Below are positions 18,751-27,547 of a stretch of DNA of 64,000 nt, one piece after another. Under the pieces are notes generated by a model. It did not search any database and was not told the DNA's origin. It was given only the letters and a program-made list of their open reading frames with translations. The position numbers were made by a program, and so were the translations under genes. Location of the stretch: the NCBI GenBank assembly GCA_041191505.1, contig JBEEOT010000008.1, positions 10,348-74,347 on the forward strand, given 5' to 3'. This stretch comes from Bacteroidota bacterium (GTDB lineage Bacteria > Bacteroidota > Bacteroidia > Flavobacteriales_D > Crocinitomicaceae). Position 1 is the stretch's first letter, and the number at the start of each line of letters is the position of its first letter.

Positions 18751-20145
18751 ATGTTTAGCAATGTCACTCCTGCAGACCTTCTTTATTTTGAATCTTTACT
18801 AGGCGCTCGCTGCAAGCACGACGCAGATAGCCAAGACGCCTATAGCCACGATCACACCGAAGACCTTCGTTTCTTACCTGAGGTCGTGCTCCTTCCGGAA
18901 AACACGCAAGAGGTTTCGGCCATTTTGAGTTATTGTCACCAAAAAAATATCGCCGTCACACCCGCCGGAGCTCGCACAGGCCTTAGTGGAGGATGCCTTC
19001 CCATTCATGGCGGCGTACTGTTGAGCTCTGAAAAACTCAATCGCATCATTGAAATCGATGAAAAAAATGCACAAGTGATTACCGAGCCTGGCGTGATCAC
19101 TGAAGCCCTGCAAAATGCCGTCAAAGAAAAGGGCTTGTTTTATCCGCCGGATCCTGCTAGTAAAGGCTCTTGTTTTATTGGAGGCAATATCGCTGAAAAT
19201 TCAGGAGGGCCAAAGGCTGTTAAATATGGAGTTACCAAAGATTATGTCCTGAATCTTGAAATCGTTCTTGTAGACGGAACAATCATGTGGACAGGCGCCA
19301 ATGTACTCAAAAACGCCACTGGCTATAACTTAACTCAATTGGTCGTAGGCTCTGAAGGCACACTGGCTTTCGTTACAAAAATTGTATTAAAGCTCTTGCC
19401 GCACCCAACACATACGCTACTTATGTTGGTTCCGTTTTTTGACGCTGTTCAAGCCTGTGAAGCCGTTGCTGCAATTTTCAACGCTGGCATCACACCCAGC
19501 GGCCTGGAATTCATGGAGCACAACGCCCTTAAGTGGTCACAAGCCTTTTCGGAAGATTACAGTATAGAAGTCAAAGATAACCACGCCGCACATTTGCTCA
19601 TTGAGGTTGACGGTTTTGACCCCGAGCAACTCATGAAAGAATGCGAAGCTATTTTAGCAGTTTTAGAAAATTACCCCACCGATGAAATCCTATTTGCCGA
19701 ATCCGAGGCTCAAAAAAATACGCTCTGGAGCTTGCGCCGCAAAGTTGGTGAGGCCGTAAAGGTTCAGTCGGTTTACAAAGAAGAAGATACCGTTGTTCCC
19801 AGATATCAGCTCCCGCAGCTATTGGCAACTGTAAAAGCGATTGGCCATAAATATGGCTTTGAATCAGTTTGTTATGGACATGCAGGCGATGGCAATTTAC
19901 ATGTCAACATCATCAAAGGACAACTCAGCGACGCGTTTTGGAACCAAGAACTGACACTTGCTATCCGCGAACTATTTACCGAAGTGGTCAAAATGGGTGG
20001 TACTATTTCTGGCGAGCACGGTATAGGATTGGTTCAAAAACCCTACATGGACTTAGCGTTTAGTCAAACAGGTCTAGATTTGATGCGCGGCATCAAAAAA
20101 GTTTTCGACCCAAAAGGAATTCTGAATCCGGGTAAAATATTTTAA
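18751..20145 (+). CDS. FAD-linked oxidase (GlcD / D-lactate dehydrogenase-like)
   Basis: FAD-binding PCMH-type motifs PAGARTGLSGG and GSEGTLAFVTKIVLKL. C-terminal motifs GHAGDGNLHVNI and GTISGEHGIGL. Start trimmed to the ATG at 18751. Confidence 0.85.
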   Translation: MFSNVTPADLLYFESLLGARCKHDADSQDAYSHDHTEDLRFLPEVVLLPENTQEVSAILSYCHQKNIAVTPAGARTGLSGGCLPIHGGVLLSSEKLNRIIEIDEKNAQVITEPGVITEALQNAVKEKGLFYPPDPASKGSCFIGGNIAENSGGPKAVKYGVTKDYVLNLEIVLVDGTIMWTGANVLKNATGYNLTQLVVGSEGTLAFVTKIVLKLLPHPTHTLLMLVPFFDAVQACEAVAAIFNAGITPSGLEFMEHNALKWSQAFSEDYSIEVKDNHAAHLLIEVDGFDPEQLMKECEAILAVLENYPTDEILFAESEAQKNTLWSLRRKVGEAVKVQSVYKEEDTVVPRYQLPQLLATVKAIGHKYGFESVCYGHAGDGNLHVNIIKGQLSDAFWNQELTLAIRELFTEVVKMGGTISGEHGIGLVQKPYMDLAFSQTGLDLMRGIKKVFDPKGILNPGKIF

Positions 20146-20663
20146 GCTTTCATCCAATGAAGGTTGCGGCTATAAAGCAGCACCCAAATTCCGCCGTAAA
20201 CAATACCTACGATGGTCAGTATGGTTGGGATGCCCGTCATTGGATTGAATAAATACGGCAATACAACCAATCCGAGCGAATAGATGATGTAAAAATGAAA
20301 GCCTAGCTTCTGACCTCTGTACATCAATACAATTCCAATTAAGCCCATCATTAAAACAAGGAATTGAAAAGTATTGTAAGCTTGGAAATACTTGAACATA
20401 TTAACCGTCACTCCCTCCATTTGATCAATGATGTAAATGAAATCTTCGGCGTTGGCTTTTTCTAATTGCTCGCGCATATTGGCAAATTCGAGCTTGGTAC
20501 TTTTGAACATGGCTTTATCTGGCTTCGCACCAAGCATACCACTCAAAGCGCCTAACGCTGAAATTCCAATGTTGATGCCAGATAAAATCACCAAAACCAG
20601 CAAAAAAACAGGTCGTTTTGCCCTGAGCTGCTCAGGTTCTTGTTGGAATTCAAATTCACTCAT
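20142..20663 (-). CDS. hypothetical 4-TM membrane protein
   Basis: Four hydrophobic helices. The start overlaps the hutH stop by 8 nt. No family recognised. Confidence 0.55.
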   Translation of the reverse strand: MSEFEFQQEPEQLRAKRPVFLLVLVILSGINIGISALGALSGMLGAKPDKAMFKSTKLEFANMREQLEKANAEDFIYIIDQMEGVTVNMFKYFQAYNTFQFLVLMMGLIGIVLMYRGQKLGFHFYIIYSLGLVVLPYLFNPMTGIPTILTIVGIVYGGIWVLLYSRNLHWMKA

Positions 20664-22146
20664 GAGCTAAATGTTGTTTTAAAAATTGCTGTGCAGCATG
20701 CATGTCGGTTGCCATGATCCGATCGGTGTCAAGACTCGGAACTACCGCTCTAAATTCGGCATGTAGGTTTTCAGTCCAGACCGCAGCCTGAAGTGGACGT
20801 CTGAATTCAAGACCTTGTGCTGCATGGATAAGCTCAATAGCAAGTATTTTCTGGCAGTTGTCCAAGACGCGATAAAGTTTGGTGGCCGCATTTGCACCCA
20901 TGCTCACATGATCTTCTTGACCATTGCTGCTGTCTATGGTATCTACCGATGCTGGCGTACAGAGTTGTTTGTTTTGACTCACAATAGATGCACAAGTGTA
21001 ATGCGTAATCATGAGCCCAGAATTGAGCCCAGGGTTTTTCACTAAAAAAGCAGGAAGGCCGCGCAAACCGGAAATCAGTTTATAAGTACGACGCTCTGAT
21101 ATGCTTCCCATTTCAGCCATGGCGATAGCTAGGAAGTCGAGAATGAGTGCCAAAGGCTGCCCATGAAAGTTGCCTGCTGATACAACTTGATCGTCGTCTG
21201 GAAAGACCGTTGGGTTGTCTGTTACGGCATTGATTTCTCGGGTTACAATCTGAGCAGCATGGTCTATGGTATCTAGGGTTGCGCCATGAACCTGCGGAAT
21301 GCAGCGAAAAGAATAAGGATCTTGTACATGTGCTTTAGGCTGCTCCATGATCTGACTTCCTTCTAGGTGCGTTCTGAACCAAGCTGCCACGCGAATTTGC
21401 CCCACTTGATTGCGAATTTCGTTGACATTAGCGGCAAAAGGTTCTTTGCGCGCGTCGTAGGCTTCTATGGATAATGCAGCGACCTGGTTAAAACCATCGA
21501 ATAACTGATAAGACTGAGCTACCGCATATGATGCATAGGCCGACATAAATTGTGTGCCGTTGAGCAAAGCAAGCCCTTCTTTTGATTGTAAAACAATGGG
21601 GGTTAAATTAAATCTTTTGTTTAATTCAATTGCACTAATCTTTTGATTTTCAATATAAACTTCACCTTCACCAATTAATGGTAATGATAGGTGAGCCAAG
21701 GGAGCGAGGTCACCAGAGGCTCCTAAACTTCCTTGCTGATAAACTACTGGACAAATGCGCTCATTAAAGAAAAACAAGAGCCTTTCTACGGTGGCAAGCT
21801 GAACGCCAGAAGCTCCTTTTGACAAACCCAAAACCTTGAGCAATAGCATTCTGCGAACGATTTCTTGCGGAACCTCCTCACCCATTCCACAGGCATGAGA
21901 ACACACGAGATTGCGTTGCAATGCTTCGAGGTCTGAGGTGCTTATCGCGGTATCGCAAAGCGAACCAAAACCAGTATTGATGCCGTAGATAAGCTGCGCA
22001 CTACTTGCTACTTTTTGATCGAGGTATGTTCTACAATGTTGAATTTGATCTTTTAGTTCTTGCGATAAAACAAGTTTTTCTTTGGTATGGAGTAGAATCT
22101 CAAATTCTTCTAGACTGAGATAGTTCGAAGTAAGCTCTATTGACAT
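20656..22146 (-). CDS. hutH: histidine ammonia-lyase
   Basis: MIO-forming GSLGASGDLAPLAHL. Also YGINTGFG, the Ser-His pair in LVCSHACG (HAL-type, not the TAL/PAL type) and NGQEDHVSM. Confidence 0.9.
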   Translation of the reverse strand: MSIELTSNYLSLEEFEILLHTKEKLVLSQELKDQIQHCRTYLDQKVASSAQLIYGINTGFGSLCDTAISTSDLEALQRNLVCSHACGMGEEVPQEIVRRMLLLKVLGLSKGASGVQLATVERLLFFFNERICPVVYQQGSLGASGDLAPLAHLSLPLIGEGEVYIENQKISAIELNKRFNLTPIVLQSKEGLALLNGTQFMSAYASYAVAQSYQLFDGFNQVAALSIEAYDARKEPFAANVNEIRNQVGQIRVAAWFRTHLEGSQIMEQPKAHVQDPYSFRCIPQVHGATLDTIDHAAQIVTREINAVTDNPTVFPDDDQVVSAGNFHGQPLALILDFLAIAMAEMGSISERRTYKLISGLRGLPAFLVKNPGLNSGLMITHYTCASIVSQNKQLCTPASVDTIDSSNGQEDHVSMGANAATKLYRVLDNCQKILAIELIHAAQGLEFRRPLQAAVWTENLHAEFRAVVPSLDTDRIMATDMHAAQQFLKQHLAHE

Positions 22147-22157
22147 GTTGGGAACAA

Positions 22158-23132
22158 TTATGAACGCACAAACTGTGCAAAATCTTTGGCAAAATAAGTC
22201 AGGATGCCATCTGCACCGGCGCGGCGCATACTCAAGAGCATTTCACCTACCGCGCGCTCGTAGTCGAGCCATCCGTTTTTAGCTGCTGCATACACCATTG
22301 CGCATTCACCGCTAACATTATAGGCTGTTATGGGCATAGGAAAATTTTCTTTGAGCAAGGCAATAACATCTAGGTAACAAAGCGCTGGCTTTACCATTAG
22401 CATGTCGGCTCCTTCTTCAAAATCGAGCTGCGCCTCTAAAAGCGCCTCTCGCTTGTTGGCCGGATTCATTTGATATGTTTTTTTATCACCCGATTTAGGT
22501 GCAGAATTGAGTGCATCTCTAAAGGGCCCGTAAAAAGCGCTCGCATATTTTGCCGTGTACGACATAATAGAGACGTCAGTAAAGCCTTGCGCGTCTAAAG
22601 CACTGCGCAAATAACCAACGCGACCATCCATCATGTCTGAAGGCCCAATGATGTCTGCACCAGCTTGCGCTTGCGCAATGGTCATTTTCGCTAAAATAGG
22701 TAAGGTTTTGTCGTTGAGGATTTGCCCGTCTTGCACCAAGCCGTCGTGGCCATCAGAAGAATAGGGATCCATGGCAACGTCGGTCATGATGACGGCCTCA
22801 GGGAAACGCGATTTAATGGCTGAAATAGCGTGCAAATAAAAATTCTCAGACGCCCAACTGTAGCTGGCCATTTGATCTTTGAGTGCTTCGTCTACTGCAG
22901 GGAAAATATCAAAAGTTTTGATCCCGAGGTTCAGACAGGCCTCAATTTCAGGCAAAAGCATATCCAAAGACCAACGAAAGTTGTTGGGCAAAGAAGTAAC
23001 CTCGTCTTTGATTCCTTTTCCGTCCTTTAGAAAAATGGGATAAATGAGGTGCTGCACGCCGAGTTGCGTTTCCTCGACCATTTGTCGGATAGCGCTGTTT
23101 TTTCGGTTGCGTCTGGGGCGAATGGTATTCAT
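22158..23132 (-). CDS. hemB: porphobilinogen synthase (delta-aminolevulinate dehydratase)
   Basis: N-terminus RPRRNRK. Asp-rich metal site DVAMDPYSSDGHDG (the non-Cys, Zn-independent type). Schiff-base Lys contexts MVKPAL and YNVSGECAM. Start trimmed to 23132. Confidence 0.9.
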   Translation of the reverse strand: MNTIRPRRNRKNSAIRQMVEETQLGVQHLIYPIFLKDGKGIKDEVTSLPNNFRWSLDMLLPEIEACLNLGIKTFDIFPAVDEALKDQMASYSWASENFYLHAISAIKSRFPEAVIMTDVAMDPYSSDGHDGLVQDGQILNDKTLPILAKMTIAQAQAGADIIGPSDMMDGRVGYLRSALDAQGFTDVSIMSYTAKYASAFYGPFRDALNSAPKSGDKKTYQMNPANKREALLEAQLDFEEGADMLMVKPALCYLDVIALLKENFPMPITAYNVSGECAMVYAAAKNGWLDYERAVGEMLLSMRRAGADGILTYFAKDFAQFVRS

Positions 23133-23137
23133 AGGTA

Positions 23138-23884
23138 TTACATGAGCATACCGCCGCAAACATGAAGCGTTTGGCCGGTAATGTAAGCAGAAAGATCAGA
23201 AGCCAAGAAAACAGTTGCATTAGCCACATCTACAGGTTGCCCTCCGCGCTTGAGCGGAATACTGTTGCGCCAAGAAGCCACTACGTCTTGATCTAAAACT
23301 TCGGTCATTTCGGTTTCGATGAAACCAGGTGCGATGGCATTGCAACGTATATTGCGAGAGCCAAGCTCAGCTGCTATCGATTTGGTGAATCCGATTAATC
23401 CTGCTTTTGAAGCCGCATAGTTGGATTGACCTGCATTACCTTTCACACCAACAACAGAACTCATATTGATGATCGAGCCAGAACGCGCTTTGAGCATTGG
23501 CTTTTGTACGGCTTTGGTAAGGTTGAATGCCGACTTTAAATTGGTGTTAATGACTTCGTCCCATTGTTCTTCTGTCATGCGCATCAAAAGGGTGTCGCGG
23601 GTAATACCAGCGTTATTGACAAGTACATCCACGGTTCCAAATGCAGCGACAACATCATCTACAAGTTGTTGTGCGTCATCGAATTTAGAGGCATCTGAAC
23701 GAAAACCTTTAGCCACGCCGCCATTGGCAGTCAGTTCTGCCTCAAGGGCACGGGCTTTCTTTTCAGATGATAAATAGGTAAATGCAACCGTTGCACCTTG
23801 TTGAACGCAAGTTTCTGCAATGGCTTTACCAATTCCGCGAGAAGCGCCTGTAATTAAAACCACTTTATTGTCTAGTAATCCCAT
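23138..23884 (-). CDS. fabG: 3-oxoacyl-[ACP] reductase
   Basis: SDR motifs TGASRGIGKAIA, NNAGI and YAASKAG. Length 248 aa. Confidence 0.9.
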   Translation of the reverse strand: MGLLDNKVVLITGASRGIGKAIAETCVQQGATVAFTYLSSEKKARALEAELTANGGVAKGFRSDASKFDDAQQLVDDVVAAFGTVDVLVNNAGITRDTLLMRMTEEQWDEVINTNLKSAFNLTKAVQKPMLKARSGSIINMSSVVGVKGNAGQSNYAASKAGLIGFTKSIAAELGSRNIRCNAIAPGFIETEMTEVLDQDVVASWRNSIPLKRGGQPVDVANATVFLASDLSAYITGQTLHVCGGMLM

Positions 23885-23885
23885 G

Positions 23886-24551
23886 TTAGTTTGTGTTGTT
23901 ATTTATATTCAAAGATAGAAAAGTCTTGTTAGATATGATGCGCAAATCTTCGCGATGGATCCCCTTTCTCTTAAAAGTGGTGTCGCAAAGCGAACTAGCG
24001 TAGTGAGGAGTCACTTCTATTCTACCCGATTTAATGATCGGAAAAACTTCTTCGATTTTAGGTGCACTGCAATAAGGTGTTTGGCGTTTGCGCAGAGCGG
24101 TCTGAATATCTTGCAAGAGACCAGGAGATCCTTCTAATGCCAATTTCGAAATCTGTTTATCCTGAAGCGTGAATAAATAATTCACCACCGTTTTTCTTTT
24201 ACCTTCAGACATTGGGCAATCCATCCAGACTTCTTGATTCATGCTGAGTACTTTGTCAGTGGCCCAAAGAACTTGGTAGCGAATGCGCACACTGCGCTGC
24301 CCTACGCAAAACACACCAAGCGTGTCGGTCTTGATGAGTTGCTGCATTAATTTGGAGAAAGAATGGCCTCCGAAATAAGGATATTCGATTTGAATGCTAT
24401 CGCACTTTAGTTTTATATTGAAGTGCTTAATGGGTTCTGACTTTGCACTTTGCTCGAGCAAATCAAATTGATCCATGCGTGCGTGGTTCTCGCGACCGCA
24501 AGACAGCAGCGCCAAACCCAACAATAAAAAAGTTGCGACTTTCAAAATCAT
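23886..24551 (-). CDS. hypothetical lipoprotein
   Basis: Lipobox LLGLALLSCG. ATGA overlap with the rimO stop. No family recognised. Confidence 0.55.
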   Translation of the reverse strand: MILKVATFLLLGLALLSCGRENHARMDQFDLLEQSAKSEPIKHFNIKLKCDSIQIEYPYFGGHSFSKLMQQLIKTDTLGVFCVGQRSVRIRYQVLWATDKVLSMNQEVWMDCPMSEGKRKTVVNYLFTLQDKQISKLALEGSPGLLQDIQTALRKRQTPYCSAPKIEEVFPIIKSGRIEVTPHYASSLCDTTFKRKGIHREDLRIISNKTFLSLNINNNTN

Positions 24552-25861
24552 AGTATGAGGTCCCCATAGAGATCGTAGTGATCTGCACTGGTAATCAGTA
24601 CACGCGAAAAATCACCTAATCGAACATAGCCCGCTGATTTTTTGACCAACACTTCGTTGTCTACTTCAGGGGAATCAAATTCAGAACGACCAATATAATA
24701 GTCGCCTTCTGTGCGGTCAAAAAGCACTTTGAATTCTTTGCCAACCTTGAGCTGATTGAGTTCGTAAGAAATGCCACTTTGCAATTCCATGATGGCATCG
24801 GCGCGCTCTTTTTTGATCGCTGCCTCTACATCATCTGTAAACTGGTATGCATGTGTGTTTTCTTCGTGGGAGTATGTAAAGATGCCCAAACGATCAAAAC
24901 GCGTGCGCTCTACAAAGTCGTACATTTCCTGAAAATCAGCTTCTGTTTCTCCGGGATAGCCGGCAATGAGCGTAGTGCGCAAGGCCAAACCTGGCACTTT
25001 GGCACGAATGGTGGCCACCAATTCTTCGGTTTTTTCTCGGGTAATGCCTCGGCGCATGGCCTGCAGTATTTTGGTTGAACCGTGCTGCAAAGGCATGTCG
25101 AGGTAGTTGCAGATGTTGCTTCGTTCGGCCATAACATCTAAGACATCCATCGGAAAGCCAGACGGATACGCATAATGCAAGCGGATCCAATCCAGACCTT
25201 CAATATCCGAGAGTCGCTTGAGTAAATCGGAAAGAGCGCGTTTTTTATAGAGGTCTAGGCCGTAATAAGTGAGGTCTTGAGCGATGAGCATGATTTCTTT
25301 CACGCCTTTGGCAACCAAGCCTTTGGCCTGCAGAACTAAATCTTCGATCGGTGTAGAGGTATGGCCTCCTCGCATGAGTGGAATTGCGCAAAATGAGCAA
25401 GGGCGGTCACAACCTTCGGCTATCTTAAAATAGGCGTAATGACTTGGTGTAGTCAGGATACGCTCCCCAACGAGTTCGTGTTTGTAGTCGGCTTTGAGTG
25501 TTTTAAGAAGGCGCGGTAGTTCTCGAGTTCCAAAATAAGCATCGACTTCTGGGATTTCTCGCTCTAAATCTTCGCGATAGCGCTCAGACAAGCAGCCAGT
25601 AACGTACACCTTCTCGACCAAACCTTCTTGCTTGGCTTCAGCATAGCGTAAAATGGTATCGATGGATTCTTGCTTGGCGTTGTCTATAAAACCGCAAGTA
25701 TTGATGATCACGATCTCGGAGTCGTCTTGTTGGGCTTCGTGCTCTACCTCAAACTGATTGGCCTTCAACTGGGCCATTAGGAGTTCTGAGTCGAAAGTAT
25801 TTTTAGAACAGCCGAGCGTCACGACGTTGACTTTGTTCTTTTTGAGTGTTTTGGTCTTCAT
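24548..25861 (-). CDS. rimO: ribosomal protein S12 methylthiotransferase
   Basis: N-terminal VNVVTLGCSKN and INTCGFI. Radical-SAM cluster motif CDRPCSFCAIP. C-terminal TRAM-like region. Start trimmed to 25861. Confidence 0.9.
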   Translation of the reverse strand: MKTKTLKKNKVNVVTLGCSKNTFDSELLMAQLKANQFEVEHEAQQDDSEIVIINTCGFIDNAKQESIDTILRYAEAKQEGLVEKVYVTGCLSERYREDLEREIPEVDAYFGTRELPRLLKTLKADYKHELVGERILTTPSHYAYFKIAEGCDRPCSFCAIPLMRGGHTSTPIEDLVLQAKGLVAKGVKEIMLIAQDLTYYGLDLYKKRALSDLLKRLSDIEGLDWIRLHYAYPSGFPMDVLDVMAERSNICNYLDMPLQHGSTKILQAMRRGITREKTEELVATIRAKVPGLALRTTLIAGYPGETEADFQEMYDFVERTRFDRLGIFTYSHEENTHAYQFTDDVEAAIKKERADAIMELQSGISYELNQLKVGKEFKVLFDRTEGDYYIGRSEFDSPEVDNEVLVKKSAGYVRLGDFSRVLITSADHYDLYGDLIL

Positions 25862-25867
25862 TCGGCT

Positions 25868-25875
25868 ACAAAAAT
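25868..25875 (-). promoter_or_regulatory. candidate -7 box (TAttTTTG) for rimO, 6 nt before the ATG
   Basis: Plus strand CAAAAATA. Six nt separate it from the ATG at 25861. Confidence 0.45.
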
Positions 25876-25897
25876 AGGACTCTTTGCGCAAATGGTA

Positions 25898-25905
25898 TTA
25901 CTTTT
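25898..25905 (+). promoter_or_regulatory. candidate -7 box (TActTTTG) for the divergent lipoprotein gene
   Basis: Exact TAnnTTTG, 23 nt before the ATG at 25929. Confidence 0.45.
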
Positions 25906-25928
25906 GAGCCTGCATTAGCACCATAGTT

Positions 25929-26384
25929 ATGAAATATATCCTGTTTACTTCTAGCCTTTTGCTTTTATGGAGCTGCAGTCTTTCTCATAAAAGTGTCCAG
26001 ACATTGAAATACCCAAGTTCCCAAGACTCAAAAGCCCCATTAGAAAATAGCGTAGCGCTCATAGACGACGAACGTATTTCTAACCCAAGCGCAACACTCA
26101 CCATTGACTCTATAAAGCTGGAAGAAAACCAGTTATGGATTCAATATCACAATTTTACAGCGGATGGTCAATTAGAAATGGTGGGGCGCAGTGCTATTGC
26201 AAAATCGTTTCCCCCGATTCGAAGTTGTAAGATCATTGCTAAGCCCGGTGGTCAAAATAGCGCCCCAAGCGGCTGGCTCAAAATCGACATCAGTGCACTC
26301 AGCAATAAAAAAGTAAAAGACAATCCGATTTACCTTGAGCTCGAGGGTTGGTCAGAAAAAATCTTATATCTGTACCCCTACTAG
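25929..26384 (+). CDS. hypothetical lipoprotein
   Basis: Lipobox LLLLWSCS. Length 151 aa. No family recognised. Confidence 0.55.
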   Translation: MKYILFTSSLLLLWSCSLSHKSVQTLKYPSSQDSKAPLENSVALIDDERISNPSATLTIDSIKLEENQLWIQYHNFTADGQLEMVGRSAIAKSFPPIRSCKIIAKPGGQNSAPSGWLKIDISALSNKKVKDNPIYLELEGWSEKILYLYPY

Positions 26385-26404
26385 TACGCAACGACGACAA
26401 ACAA

Positions 26405-27139
26405 ATGGAAGAAGAACGCATTGACAAAATCATCCTCGAACGCGGCTTGGTCAGCAGTAGAGTACGCGCCGAGGAAATCATTAAAAAATACGGCGTAAAA
26501 GTCAATGGCAAGCTATTTTCCAAGCCCGGCAAGAAAGTACCCACAGATGCCGTCATTGAACTGCTGGCCGAAGAGATTCCATGGGTTTCAAGAGCCGCAT
26601 TTAAATTAATTGCCGCATTAGATTTCTGGAAAATCGAGGTCAAGAATCAAATTTTTATTGATTTAGGCGCCAGTACAGGTGGTTTTACAGAAGTTTTGTT
26701 GGAGCGCGGTTTGGCGAAGTCTTATTGCGTAGATGTGGGGCAAAAACAACTCCACGACAAAATCAAAGGCGACAAACGCGTCATCAATTTAGAAAAAACA
26801 CATGCCCGCGACCTCACCTCAAAATTGATTCCAGAACAAGTAGATGGTTTGGTGGTCGATGTCTCTTTTATTTCACTTGAAAAAGTACTACCCTTTACCA
26901 TTCCTTTTCTCAAAGAAAATGCTTCGGTCATCTTGTTAGTGAAACCACAATTTGAATTAGGGCCCGGTGCACTCAACAAAGCAGGCGTTGTCAAAGACAC
27001 CAGCCAGTATCCTGCACTTCTAGAAAACATCAAGCAAATGGCCCTGCGCAATCAATTACAATGGAAAGGCTACACAGACTCGCCGATTCTAGGTGGTGAT
27101 GGCAACGCTGAATTTTTAGGCTACTTTGAAAAGATTTAA
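26405..27139 (+). CDS. tlyA: TlyA family rRNA 2'-O-methyltransferase
   Basis: N-terminal S4-like domain RIDKIILERGLVSSRVRAEEIIKKYGVKVNG, followed by the FtsJ-type fold DLGASTGGFTEVLL and DVSFISL. Start trimmed to 26405. Confidence 0.85.
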   Translation: MEEERIDKIILERGLVSSRVRAEEIIKKYGVKVNGKLFSKPGKKVPTDAVIELLAEEIPWVSRAAFKLIAALDFWKIEVKNQIFIDLGASTGGFTEVLLERGLAKSYCVDVGQKQLHDKIKGDKRVINLEKTHARDLTSKLIPEQVDGLVVDVSFISLEKVLPFTIPFLKENASVILLVKPQFELGPGALNKAGVVKDTSQYPALLENIKQMALRNQLQWKGYTDSPILGGDGNAEFLGYFEKI

Positions 27140-27141
27140 GC

Positions 27142-27149
27142 TATTTTTG
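27142..27149 (+). promoter_or_regulatory. candidate -7 box (TAttTTTG), 7 nt before the ATG of the 122-aa ORF
   Basis: Exact TAnnTTTG just after the tlyA stop. Confidence 0.4.
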
Positions 27150-27156
27150 CAGCATC

Positions 27157-27525
27157 ATGATGAGCATTGAAGAATTAGAGCGCGCCTTTTTAGACATCGA
27201 TTTCCAGGCCAATCGCATCGCAAAACTCCCGCAAATCGATCCTGAACATTTGCGCAAATTCAATGTCCGCTCCGAAGAAATTCGCCAGCAATTGTTGCAC
27301 ATGGGGCTACACCCAGACCTGCATCAAAGTCTCAAAGACAAAGCGCCCATCGATGAAAACTTCATGCCCGCCTATAATTGGGGTAAGAAAATCCTAAATG
27401 TGCTCCTTCTTGGGCAGCACAAAAAGCGCTACATCCCAAAGCAACAAGAAATTTATTTCCGAAGAGAAGTGGCGGAGCGCAGCCGAATTTACAGCTACGC
27501 TCGTGGGCATTTGAGTGTGGATTGA
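27157..27525 (+). CDS. hypothetical protein (122 aa, helical, basic C-terminus)
   Basis: Only an ORF with a plausible promoter box. No recognisable motif. Confidence 0.45.
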   Translation: MMSIEELERAFLDIDFQANRIAKLPQIDPEHLRKFNVRSEEIRQQLLHMGLHPDLHQSLKDKAPIDENFMPAYNWGKKILNVLLLGQHKKRYIPKQQEIYFRREVAERSRIYSYARGHLSVD

Positions 27526-27547
27526 TTAACGACTCGTTAAGACGGCA

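Noticed and set aside
20656-23884. A HAL-family ammonia-lyase close to fabG could be read as a tyrosine ammonia-lyase of a flexirubin or aryl-polyene pigment cluster.
   Set aside because: The selectivity region is Ser-His (LVCSHACG) and QEDHVSM is retained, as in true histidine ammonia-lyases. hemB lies between the two genes. No KS, ACP, 4-coumarate-CoA ligase or dialkylresorcinol genes are nearby.
27525-27539. Hairpin TTAACG-ACT-CGTTAA between the convergent 122-aa ORF and the GH65 gene, as a possible bidirectional terminator.
   Set aside because: It has only a 6-bp AT-rich stem with a 3-nt loop and no flanking T or A tract. It overlaps the stop codon. This is too weak to call.
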